Virus record (IMG/VR): IMGVR_UViG_3300037722_001041
Location: 1-38,198 of that record
Source of the DNA: a virus
Lineage: Duplodnaviria > Caudoviricetes
Direction: 5' to 3' (one strand)
Length of the DNA: 38,198 nucleotides
In this document: piece after piece, positions 17,942 to 25,270 of the stretch
Numbering within the stretch: position 1 is the first letter of the stretch
Layout: the number at the start of each line of letters is the position of its first letter
Notes under the pieces: generated by a model
What the model saw: the letters and a program-made list of their open reading frames with translations, nothing else
What the model was told of the DNA's origin: nothing
The model's database searches: none
Program-made: the position numbers and the translations under genes

Positions 17942-19003
17942 TTAAGCGCTCACAAACGGTGTAATGAATAGGTAAAATCCTTGTTGCGTTTCATCCCACG
18001 CCATGCGTACAAACGTTCGGTTGAGATCTGTATCTACCAGAAGCGGGGCAATTACGTTATTAGTCAAAGGCTCTGGTTCACCTCCGCCTCCCGCCAGGGA
18101 ATACACGTGTCCGCGCGAGCTGAAAAAATAAATCGTCCCTGACGCATCCCTACAATATGGCCTGCCAAACGCCATACCCACGGTGTCAGAAAGAAGATCG
18201 ATTCGTCCATTGCTGGCTTGTGGGTCGCCATTCATTTGGTATATCGAATGGTCACATCCAATAATCAATATGTCATCAGAATATGGAATCAAGCAGTTTA
18301 TGACATCACCGACTTTTCCGACAACGCCCGTACCTCCAGTCACAGCTTGAATTTCTGTAACCACGGCCGGCGAGTAGTCCCAATCTAACGGATCGCCAAG
18401 TTTACTCATGAACCAGTTGTGCGGATCAGTCCGCAAACCAGACAACACTACCCGCGATCGCCACATTTCAATCAATCGCGGGACCGACGATCCGTCCGTG
18501 CCGGGCAAACTGCCTGCGGTAGGAGTCCAATCAGTTGCTGCGTTGGTTGATCCTGTCCACACTTTATAGCTAATGCCGTCTGTGAAATACACCTTTCCAA
18601 ATAGCTCGGCTGATAAAATGAAGGGAGCCGTCGCGCTCAATGTTCTAGAGCCGGATGCCGTCGCGGCCGAAGTACCAGAATCAGCAAATGTGTAAATCGC
18701 TCCACCAGAAACCGCTACTGCCGTTACTGTCCTAACACCCAACGAAAGAGTGGAAGGATTTGTTGCAGAAATCACCGTCGCATAATTCAAGTCCTGTATG
18801 CGAACGTCGCCATTGATCTGTGATGACAGGAATTTTGATAGTCCAGGCCTGATTCCCCCGCGAGCCCGACTTTCCAGGACGTCGAACAAGCGAACATTCT
18901 GACAATCAACGCAGGTTCCGTCCGGCTGCGAAATACGAGACGCAACCACGTTTATCCCGTTGGCTGGAAACTTCAGAGATATATTTTGTACATCTCTTGC
19001 CAT
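17942..19003 (-). CDS. N-terminal part of the tail nozzle/stabilisation protein
   Basis: FPxxGIN...QP...DCQNVR...RGGIRPGL N-terminus and beta-propeller-like blades (WFMSKLGDPLDWD); directly follows the adaptor gene. Confidence 0.7.
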   Translation of the reverse strand: MARDVQNISLKFPANGINVVASRISQPDGTCVDCQNVRLFDVLESRARGGIRPGLSKFLSSQINGDVRIQDLNYATVISATNPSTLSLGVRTVTAVAVSGGAIYTFADSGTSAATASGSRTLSATAPFILSAELFGKVYFTDGISYKVWTGSTNAATDWTPTAGSLPGTDGSSVPRLIEMWRSRVVLSGLRTDPHNWFMSKLGDPLDWDYSPAVVTEIQAVTGGTGVVGKVGDVINCLIPYSDDILIIGCDHSIYQMNGDPQASNGRIDLLSDTVGMAFGRPYCRDASGTIYFFSSRGHVYSLAGGGGEPEPLTNNVIAPLLVDTDLNRTFVRMAWDETQQGFYLFITPFVSA

Positions 19004-19707
19004 TACTTCACAGCATCCTTCTGAAGTTGATCGCTTCGCAACGCATGAGACAGCGACTCAACAAACTTCTGCTGCAGTGGCCCCGCAGGGTCGTCATCAT
19101 GCCGGGCTTCAGCGACGGCCAAGAAGGCAGCCGTTATAGTCTCACCATATTGCGCTCCTCCTACGGGGTAAATGTTGGTGTTGCTAATGGAGTCCGGCAC
19201 AAATACGTATCGGTATGTCAATGCCAAATTATTCTCCGCCGCTGTGGGAGTCGGATAAACGATCATTTCCCATCTTTGACCGTTGACTGCATCATATGCT
19301 TTGTTGCGCACAGCGTAATACTTTGGCACGCCAGTTTGGTTGTCTGAGGACTGAATCCTGCGAATAGTTGTTTCATCCTCGATTCCTAACGGTCTCTTGT
19401 TTTGTCCGGCGGCGTAGGTTATGCTATCATCAAGGATCGTCCCGCCGAAGTCATCGGGCAAAACATACGTTGTGGTATTCGTATTTAAAGTGATCGTTCC
19501 TGTTTTTCGCATGAACGACCACTCATACCTCGGTTGGTCCGGCCCGGTTGGAGGATAGTAAAATGTCCTCAACGCTCGCAGCGCGATATCGTCAAAGTCT
19601 TGCAGTTGCGTGTTTGACCACGAAGCAACAGCTCGGGGCCATCCCAATAAGACCGCAACCTCTCTTCGGAGAGTATTGATTGTTACGGAAAGACCAGGTT
19701 CGGCCAT
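19003..19707 (-). CDS. Head-tail adaptor/tail tubular protein A-like
   Basis: EWSFMR, YVLPDDF, GVPKYY, VYPTP, LTY motifs; precedes the nozzle gene. Confidence 0.75.
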   Translation of the reverse strand: MAEPGLSVTINTLRREVAVLLGWPRAVASWSNTQLQDFDDIALRALRTFYYPPTGPDQPRYEWSFMRKTGTITLNTNTTTYVLPDDFGGTILDDSITYAAGQNKRPLGIEDETTIRRIQSSDNQTGVPKYYAVRNKAYDAVNGQRWEMIVYPTPTAAENNLALTYRYVFVPDSISNTNIYPVGGAQYGETITAAFLAVAEARHDDDPAGPLQQKFVESLSHALRSDQLQKDAVK

Positions 19708-19716
19708 GAAAAGACC

Positions 19717-21168
19717 CTATGCTAGAATATGCCAATTCGTGTTATCGCTGGTTACAGCCACAGAGCTGTATATACCCCAAAGTTCGATTCCATTTCCCCC
19801 GTCGATCGTGGCTGCATCGGCTGTGTTGACGACAACATGACCCGTGCTGCCATCAACCTTTTTGACGTAAACAGGTTCGCCCGAGTAGAAAGTTGTATTC
19901 GCGTTTGGCAATTCAATTGTTACTGTGTTTGTGCTGGTGGTAACCAAAATGATCGTCTTTGGCTCGACCACACTGTAATCTGTACTTGTCGACTGAATGT
20001 TGCTAAGCTTCGGTTGTCTGTCACTTATGATATGCCAGTCTGTGCCATCATTAGCAAATTCCAAGGCTTGATATTGCAGGTGAATTTCTTGAGTCGCAGA
20101 CCCATCGATGTTTGCACTGTCGGCGGTATTGACTGTAACAATTCCGGCACCAGAATCAACTTTTTTGACAAAAATCGGTTCGTCATAATAAAATCTACTG
20201 GTAACAACAGGAAGTTCGATATTTACAGTGTTCGCTGCCGTGGTCACAAGAACTACGTTGATTGGCTCAGCTACTGTGTATCCGGTACTTGTCGCTTTCG
20301 TGAACCTAGCGGTTGCCTCTCTTTCCGAAATGATATACCAATCCGCCCCGTCACTGACGAGTGCAATTGCTCGGTATTGCCCGACAAGAGTCGTGTTTGC
20401 ATCTCCGTTGATTGTATCGCCAACTCCTGGGGTGAGTATTACATTACCCACACCAGAGTCAATTTTGATGACGTACAACAAATCGCTAACATAATCCGTG
20501 GCGTCTGGGAGTGTAATTGTTCTGTCAGACCCGCCTGTTGTCACGAGGATAGTCCGCTCTGGCTCAGCCACTGTGTGGTTTGTGTTGACAACGGATGTTG
20601 CCGTGCCAAAAGCGTGAGGATCAGTAGTTCCGGCGGCTCGTAACAAAACCCAATTTGTATTTGTGCTTACATAGAACAACAACGCTGAACCGTAGTTGGT
20701 ATCAAGCAAACTTTTGGACGCTGAACTTCCATTGATCGTATATGTTGTATTTGCTGTGTCCGGATTAACTGAAACGACCTTTTCTTTCGCCGTGCCTGCG
20801 GAATCATAGAAACCAATCCATGATCCTGTTTGCAATCTTGCTGTATACGCCGGAAGATTGATAGTGAACGCCCCGGCATTGGAATTACAGGCAACATAAT
20901 CACCCAGGTTATGAGACGTTGTTGTAGCAAGGGTTACGTTTCCGTTAACGGTAGTCGTTGACTGAAAATTGAAAAAAGTACCGGCGGTGCCGGTCTTAAA
21001 GTATTCGTCGCCGTAAACATCAGAAATTTCAAACGTCGCGCTTCCGGTCAAGGCAACAGTGATGTCCGAGTCTCCACTGCCTGGAACATAAAAAGCATTG
21101 CTGAGGCGTCGCAACCGGGTTGGCCCAGAACGTTTCGTTATTCGCGGCGGTGTGCGATATTCAGCCAT
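19717..21168 (-). CDS. Fibre-like virion protein with tandem ~100-aa beta repeats (483 aa)
   Basis: Three clear repeats V(A/V)EP..(I/V)LVTT...I(T/E)LP...K(V/I)D...I(D/N)G...SDGxxW plus one diverged copy. Confidence 0.65.
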   Translation of the reverse strand: MAEYRTPPRITKRSGPTRLRRLSNAFYVPGSGDSDITVALTGSATFEISDVYGDEYFKTGTAGTFFNFQSTTTVNGNVTLATTTSHNLGDYVACNSNAGAFTINLPAYTARLQTGSWIGFYDSAGTAKEKVVSVNPDTANTTYTINGSSASKSLLDTNYGSALLFYVSTNTNWVLLRAAGTTDPHAFGTATSVVNTNHTVAEPERTILVTTGGSDRTITLPDATDYVSDLLYVIKIDSGVGNVILTPGVGDTINGDANTTLVGQYRAIALVSDGADWYIISEREATARFTKATSTGYTVAEPINVVLVTTAANTVNIELPVVTSRFYYDEPIFVKKVDSGAGIVTVNTADSANIDGSATQEIHLQYQALEFANDGTDWHIISDRQPKLSNIQSTSTDYSVVEPKTIILVTTSTNTVTIELPNANTTFYSGEPVYVKKVDGSTGHVVVNTADAATIDGGNGIELWGIYSSVAVTSDNTNWHILA

Positions 21169-21170
21169 TC

Positions 21171-21578
21171 CTATTCCACAATCAAGATGTCCACTTTCGC
21201 CGTGCTACCACTCTCGTTATGCGCCACTACTGAGTTAATGGTTGTCGTGCTGTTAGAAGTTTCATCGAGCCCAAGTTGATACGGAAGACCATACTCGTTG
21301 GCACGGCCAGTGCCAAGCAACTGCACATTCCACGTGGCGGACGCCGTATCTGTAAAGACGACCCGCGTGTTGAAGTCGGAAACAATTCGCAGGTAACTAA
21401 AATCCCCGAGTTCATCAGCGTACATCGTGGCGTTAGCGGCGTTGGCAATTGTCTCAGTTTTGGTGAACTTGTTTCCCGTCACAGAGATTGAAATAGGTTT
21501 CTCGAGACTGCCTCGCTTTACGGACTCACCGTCAACTCGGCCGGCAAGTTTCTGCCATACCTGGATATTAAATGTCAT
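21171..21578 (-). CDS. Hypothetical virion-associated beta protein (135 aa)
   Basis: Thr/Ser-rich, coupled to neighbours, GGAG RBS. Confidence 0.6.
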   Translation of the reverse strand: MTFNIQVWQKLAGRVDGESVKRGSLEKPISISVTGNKFTKTETIANAANATMYADELGDFSYLRIVSDFNTRVVFTDTASATWNVQLLGTGRANEYGLPYQLGLDETSNSTTTINSVVAHNESGSTAKVDILIVE

Positions 21579-21998
21579 TTACACTTCTCCGATCAACTTG
21601 AGTTCTTCGCGAGTTGGAAAACGAACGCTAGTAGCGCTCATCTTGCGTTCCTCTTCTCCGTTATCCTCGTCGAGCGCAACGTGGATTCGTTTCGTCTGCT
21701 GGTCCTGCCGCACAAAACGTCCCCATCGCCATTTGCCGCGGTACTTCGCAAGAATACGGTCTCCAACCTTAAGATTGGTTTCGTCCAGGAACGATACCGG
21801 ATTCTCTTGCGTCGGACGTCCCGCGAGCATGACGACCAAGATCAGCTCATGAACCGAAAGATTCTGTCCTAGTCGTCGCGCGGTTCGCTCGACATCCCAA
21901 TACAAATCAACCACATCCGAAGGAAGGACGGTGTTTGGCTCGAGCTTCAATGCGTTGCGCAAGATTGCTTCATGATTCTCATCCATAACAAGCGACAT
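21579..21998 (-). CDS. Hypothetical protein with C-terminal Tudor/SH3-like domain (139 aa)
   Basis: AAGGA RBS before ATG 21998, just after the terminator; LKVGDRILAKYRGKWRWGRF...IHVALDE pattern. Confidence 0.6.
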   Translation of the reverse strand: MSLVMDENHEAILRNALKLEPNTVLPSDVVDLYWDVERTARRLGQNLSVHELILVVMLAGRPTQENPVSFLDETNLKVGDRILAKYRGKWRWGRFVRQDQQTKRIHVALDEDNGEEERKMSATSVRFPTREELKLIGEV

Positions 21999-22012
21999 AA
22001 AAAATCCTTTGT

Positions 22013-22055
22013 AAAAAGAAAAAGCCCGGCCCGGTCTCGGCCGGGAGCCGGGCTT
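22013..22055 (-). terminator. Rho-independent terminator
   Basis: AAGCCCGGC...GCCGGGCTT GC-rich stem followed by TTTCTTTTT. Confidence 0.85.
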
Positions 22056-22077
22056 GTGCAAATCAAACAGCCGAAAA

Positions 22078-22302
22078 TTAACCGCCGTCAATTGCTGCCT
22101 GCAACTTGGCAATAAGTGCATTAGTTGTTGACAAAATATCCGCGCTTTCGGCCTGATACACTTCATCCGCTGCACTCACCGCAGCATTAGCAGCCGCGGC
22201 AACCTCTTCCTTGGCGTCCAAGTCAGTCTTTGCGGTTGCGGCTTCGATTGTTTCGATTTCCAATTGATTCACCAATAGTCGCAGTTCTACAAAATCAAGC
22301 AT
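22078..22302 (-). CDS. Ala-rich coiled-coil protein (74 aa)
   Basis: GAGGAG RBS before ATG 22302. Confidence 0.65.
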   Translation of the reverse strand: MLDFVELRLLVNQLEIETIEAATAKTDLDAKEEVAAAANAAVSAADEVYQAESADILSTTNALIAKLQAAIDGG

Positions 22303-22356
22303 AGTTTGTCTCCTCATCAAAAGATATCTACGAAACCACCACACATGAAATTTTCC

Positions 22357-23037
22357 TTAGTCCGTAATAGTGGCGGTCCCTGCTCCGGGAATAAAGACCC
22401 AGCTCGTACCATCGCAGATCCATTTGCAACTTGCCCCGATGATCTCATTAGCCGTTGACAACGCCACACTATTTGCGTTAAGGGTGTTCAGAGCCAGGAT
22501 CGTGTTCACAGTGTTCGCAGTGAACGTTGTATTCTGCCCAACCCCACTCACGTACTCGAACCACTTACCGTTAATTGCCGCCGCAACATCCGGCAACGTA
22601 TAGTTCCGATCGCTCGCAGCGCGGTTTGTGACCAATGCCCCCCAGTGAGTTGCGTTGAGGGTTGTGTTCGTATTTTGAACCACAACCTTCTGATCAACCG
22701 AACCATTGGATGTTGGGACAACCGAGCCTGTCATATTGAGAGTCGTGGCATTCAAAGTCGTGATTGTGGCAGTGCCGGTTGTATTGATCGCGGCGTTGGA
22801 GCTAATCCCAACACCGGCGAGCGTCATAGACGCCCCACCCTTGTCAAACAAGACGGACGTCGAGGTGTCACCCAAGAAAACTTGGACATCGCAGTCATTC
22901 GTGCCGTCACCAAAGGCAAACTTGCCTTGATCATCCACCGCGGGCAAAAAGTTGGCAACCTCGCCGGAAGCCAAATCAAACTTGTCGTCGCTAACCAGAC
23001 CTTCCTGGAGAAGGCGGATTATGTTTTTCGATCCCAT
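22357..23037 (-). CDS. Putative capsid decoration/head-fibre protein (226 aa)
   Basis: Thr/Asn-rich beta protein with YTLP...CDGTSW C-terminal domain; GAGG RBS; capsid operon. Confidence 0.55.
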   Translation of the reverse strand: MGSKNIIRLLQEGLVSDDKFDLASGEVANFLPAVDDQGKFAFGDGTNDCDVQVFLGDTSTSVLFDKGGASMTLAGVGISSNAAINTTGTATITTLNATTLNMTGSVVPTSNGSVDQKVVVQNTNTTLNATHWGALVTNRAASDRNYTLPDVAAAINGKWFEYVSGVGQNTTFTANTVNTILALNTLNANSVALSTANEIIGASCKWICDGTSWVFIPGAGTATITD

Positions 23038-23155
23038 GGTTGCTTCCTCTCAATTTTACAACATAGAAAAGTTGGTCCCGGGCGACACGCTGCCGCGAAC
23101 ACCTCTTGTGCTCTCCGCCGGGCCGAGACGCCGGGTACTGCCGGCATACAGTTAG

Positions 23156-23226
23156 TAGCGGAGGTGGGAATCGAACCCACGTGCGCGGCGTATGAGGCCG
23201 CTGAGAAACCTCTTCTCGACCCCGCA
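23156..23226 (-). tRNA. tRNA-Met(CAT), initiator-like (U1:U72 mismatch)
   Basis: TGCGGGG/CTCCGCT-A acceptor; anticodon arm GCGGC-CTCATAC-GCCGC; T arm GTGGG-TTCGATT-CCCAC; no encoded CCA. Confidence 0.85.
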
Positions 23227-23227
23227 G

Positions 23228-23300
23228 TCGGGCACCCATGGCTCGCACATGGCGCCTCCTGATCCCAAATCAGGCGTGCCGCTACCTGCACCTCTGCCCG
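23228..23300 (-). tRNA. tRNA-Pro(TGG), atypical
   Basis: CCTGA-TTTGGGA-TCAGG; C1-G72, A73; T loop TGCGAGC; G7:G66 mismatch; A8. Confidence 0.8.
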
Positions 23301-23343
23301 AAACGTGGCCGTGTTTAACGTGGTGTACGCATCTCATCCACGG
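23301..23343 (-). ncRNA. SAM-II-like pseudoknot element (copy upstream of tRNA-Pro)
   Basis: CCGTGG-ATG-AGATG-CGT-ACA-CCACG-TTAAAC-ACG-GCCA-CGTTT. Confidence 0.45.
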
Positions 23344-23345
23344 AG

Positions 23346-23417
23346 TGGACCTCGCGGAAGTTGCACCCGCCACACCGACTTTGCAAGAGTCAGTCGCCCC
23401 TAACGGCATGCAGGCCC
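23346..23417 (-). tRNA. tRNA-Ala(TGC), atypical
   Basis: TGACT-CTTGCAA-AGTCG; G3:U70 identity pair, A73; T loop TGCAACT; G7:G66 mismatch; C8. Confidence 0.8.
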
Positions 23418-23518
23418 TTGGTCGGGAGCTGTTTCAAGTCTCTCACCCCCGGCACGACCACCGTTTTTGAAGGTCTGGCACGACCTATAATCCCGTGAGC
23501 CATGCGGCCCTGGAACAA

Positions 23519-23591
23519 AGCTGCCATCTGGAATCGAACCAGAATCTGATGCCTCACAAGAGCACCGCTTTGCCTGTTAAGCTACAGCAGC
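23519..23591 (-). tRNA. tRNA-Thr(TGT)
   Basis: GCTGCTG/TGGCAGC-T acceptor with C2-G71; GTGCT-CTTGTGA-GGCAT (G37); canonical TTCGATT T loop. Confidence 0.88.
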
Positions 23592-23593
23592 CA

Positions 23594-23643
23594 AGCAGGG
23601 CTGATTTTTTTATCGTGGTGCAATGCCCCGCTACCATCCACGG
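23594..23643 (-). ncRNA. SAM-II-like pseudoknot element (copy upstream of tRNA-Thr)
   Basis: CCGTGG-ATG-GT-AGCGGGGC-ATT-GCA-CCACG-ATAAAAA-AAT-CA-GCCCTGCT; 8-bp loop-to-tail pairing. Confidence 0.55.
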
Positions 23644-23677
23644 CGGAAGTAAGCCTTACCGCGAGCTTGCTTGTAAG

Positions 23678-23749
23678 AGCAGCAAACCGGTTATGATCCG
23701 GCACGGCCAGTTTGGAAGACTGGTGCTCTGCCAGTTGAGCTATTGCCGC
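23678..23749 (-). tRNA. tRNA-Gly(TCC) with non-canonical T loop
   Basis: GCGGCAA/TTGCTGC-T; normal D arm; CCAGT-CTTCCAA-ACTGG; T arm GCCGG-ATCATAA-CCGGT. Confidence 0.85.
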
Positions 23750-23754
23750 TTCTC

Positions 23755-23813
23755 GACCAGATTATCGTGCTGGTCTACCCACGGCTGCATTATTGGCAGT
23801 ACAGCTTCTGCCA
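23755..23813 (-). ncRNA. Two back-to-back H-type pseudoknots upstream of tRNA-Gly
   Basis: TGGCAG-AA-GCTGTA-CTGCCA-ATAA-TGCAGC immediately followed by CGTG-GGTA-GACCAG-CACG-ATAAT-CTGGTC. Confidence 0.55.
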
Positions 23814-23902
23814 TGTCTGGGCGCCCTTGTTTAGGCCGGCGCGCCGCCCGCCACTGTTTTGAGTACCAACCACTACCGGCATCGGATTAAGCCCCGCAGG
23901 GA

Positions 23903-24745
23903 TTACTCTTCGCCGTTCATGTACTGACAGGCCATGACCCAATCGACGTTAAACTTGGCTTCCGCTGCCGTTCCAACTTTCGTGAGAATCAGAGGAATCA
24001 TTGCCTCGTTCTCCGGGAAGGTCGCAGCGTCCAGGTTCGTTGTAGTTACATATGACCCGGCGTCAGCCGCGTTGATGTAGAAGGTGATTTTCTTTGCATC
24101 GTCAGCAGTTGGATCGTAAACGAAACCAACCTTATACCAAGTGTTGGCAACAAGTGTCAGCGCGTTCGCCTCAACTTGCTGCAACGTCTGGCTTGCGGCT
24201 TGGTACGCGATGTCCATTTGATCGCCGTCGTCGTTCAGACGTTGGAAGCCCACGAAGTTGCCAGTCGTAATGAACGCTCCCGTATCGTCAACCAGCGTGT
24301 TGGCGCCCACGCCTGCGGCAGCAGCACTCCCCAGACCAAGCACGAATGCACAGCCATTGTCGGCAATTGTCTCGGTTAGGAAGCGTGCTTCATACAATAC
24401 CTTGCCGGTGTTGCCTGCAGCATTGTCAATTCGGAATGTGGCACCGCTGCCCAGTTGAACGTGGCCTTCGTCATTGTCCGCATCGTTGCCGGCGATTTCA
24501 AGAACACCGAGAGCATTACCGAGGTCAACGGCCGTGTCGCCTTGAATCGTAACACCCGTGTCTTGGTAGGTTAGATAGCCGCCTGACGCCCCGGCACTAG
24601 CGTGAACCGGGACATTTTGGAAGTCATCATATACGACGACACATTTCCCGATGAGCTGATCGTGCAAAAGCTTTGCAGGATCACCAAAAATGATAGGAGA
24701 AGGACCGCGGTTGGTTTCTCCGAAGTAGCGAACGTAATTAGACAT
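23903..24745 (-). CDS. Putative capsid decoration/auxiliary protein with concanavalin-like fold (280 aa)
   Basis: YDDF...WYKVGFVYD...ITFYIN...FNVDWV pattern; downstream of the MCP. Confidence 0.6.
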   Translation of the reverse strand: MSNYVRYFGETNRGPSPIIFGDPAKLLHDQLIGKCVVVYDDFQNVPVHASAGASGGYLTYQDTGVTIQGDTAVDLGNALGVLEIAGNDADNDEGHVQLGSGATFRIDNAAGNTGKVLYEARFLTETIADNGCAFVLGLGSAAAAGVGANTLVDDTGAFITTGNFVGFQRLNDDGDQMDIAYQAASQTLQQVEANALTLVANTWYKVGFVYDPTADDAKKITFYINAADAGSYVTTTNLDAATFPENEAMIPLILTKVGTAAEAKFNVDWVMACQYMNGEE

Positions 24746-24855
24746 GATCTCACCCTTTCAAAGGCTAGACTGGCCTATGCCCCCACAAGCCCAGGAATTT
24801 ATCATCCGTGAATGGTCTGATAGTCTCGCCCGCCAAGGGCAAGATGTTTCGTTGA

Positions 24856-25125
24856 CTAGTAACCGCCAGAAAGTCGTTTCCTAGCGTACTTCTCGCCGTA
24901 TATTTTGCCGTATGTTGAAGCAATGTCGAGCGACTTCTGTTTGATATCTTCAATGTTCGTGCTCAGGTGAGTTCGGTTCGGCGCAATCGGCGACTGTTTC
25001 GGAGCCACCGGTGTAGGCCCAGTAGCCACTCGCTGTGCGGCTTTCTGCTGCGCCTCCCACGTCGCACGTTTGTGTTGGCGCATCCACGGGCTGTCGGTCG
25101 ATTTGTACTGGACGGGTGCTGGCAT
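24856..25125 (-). CDS. Hypothetical basic protein (89 aa)
   Basis: Starts 1 nt after the upstream stop; GGAG RBS. Confidence 0.55.
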   Translation of the reverse strand: MPAPVQYKSTDSPWMRQHKRATWEAQQKAAQRVATGPTPVAPKQSPIAPNRTHLSTNIEDIKQKSLDIASTYGKIYGEKYARKRLSGGY

Positions 25126-25126
25126 G

Positions 25127-25255
25127 TTAGTAGGAACTCCGCTTCTTGCCCATAGCTTTACGCGACTTCTCGCGTTCGCGCTTCGCCATCGCGTCGATCA
25201 TCGCCTTCTTGGAGGGCATCTGTTTGCGACCGCCGGTCATTGGCATGCGAGCCAT
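25127..25255 (-). CDS. Small basic Met/Lys/Arg-rich protein (42 aa)
   Basis: Manual translation MARMPMTGGRKQMPSKKAMIDAMAKREREKSRKAMGKKRSSY; AAAGGA RBS. Confidence 0.6.
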   Translation of the reverse strand: MARMPMTGGRKQMPSKKAMIDAMAKREREKSRKAMGKKRSSY

Positions 25256-25270
25256 GATCGTCCTTTCAAG

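Noticed and set aside
16319-17956. Group I/II intron or intein explaining the nozzle split
   Set aside because: The insert is almost fully occupied by a structural ORF, leaving no room for a ribozyme core, and the N-half ends in a stop codon.
23301-23343. Pistol ribozyme (CGUGG...CCACG-UUAAA resemblance)
   Set aside because: The downstream P2/P3 stems and the conserved GCG and GU cleavage-site arrangement are not evident.
22991-23890. Short ORFs over the tRNA island
   Set aside because: They overlap clear tRNA cloverleaves; the region is better explained as non-coding RNA.
23346-23902. tmRNA (Ala-like acceptor plus several pseudoknots)
   Set aside because: The Ala element is a complete tRNA with an anticodon arm; there is no tag reading frame or tmRNA end pairing.
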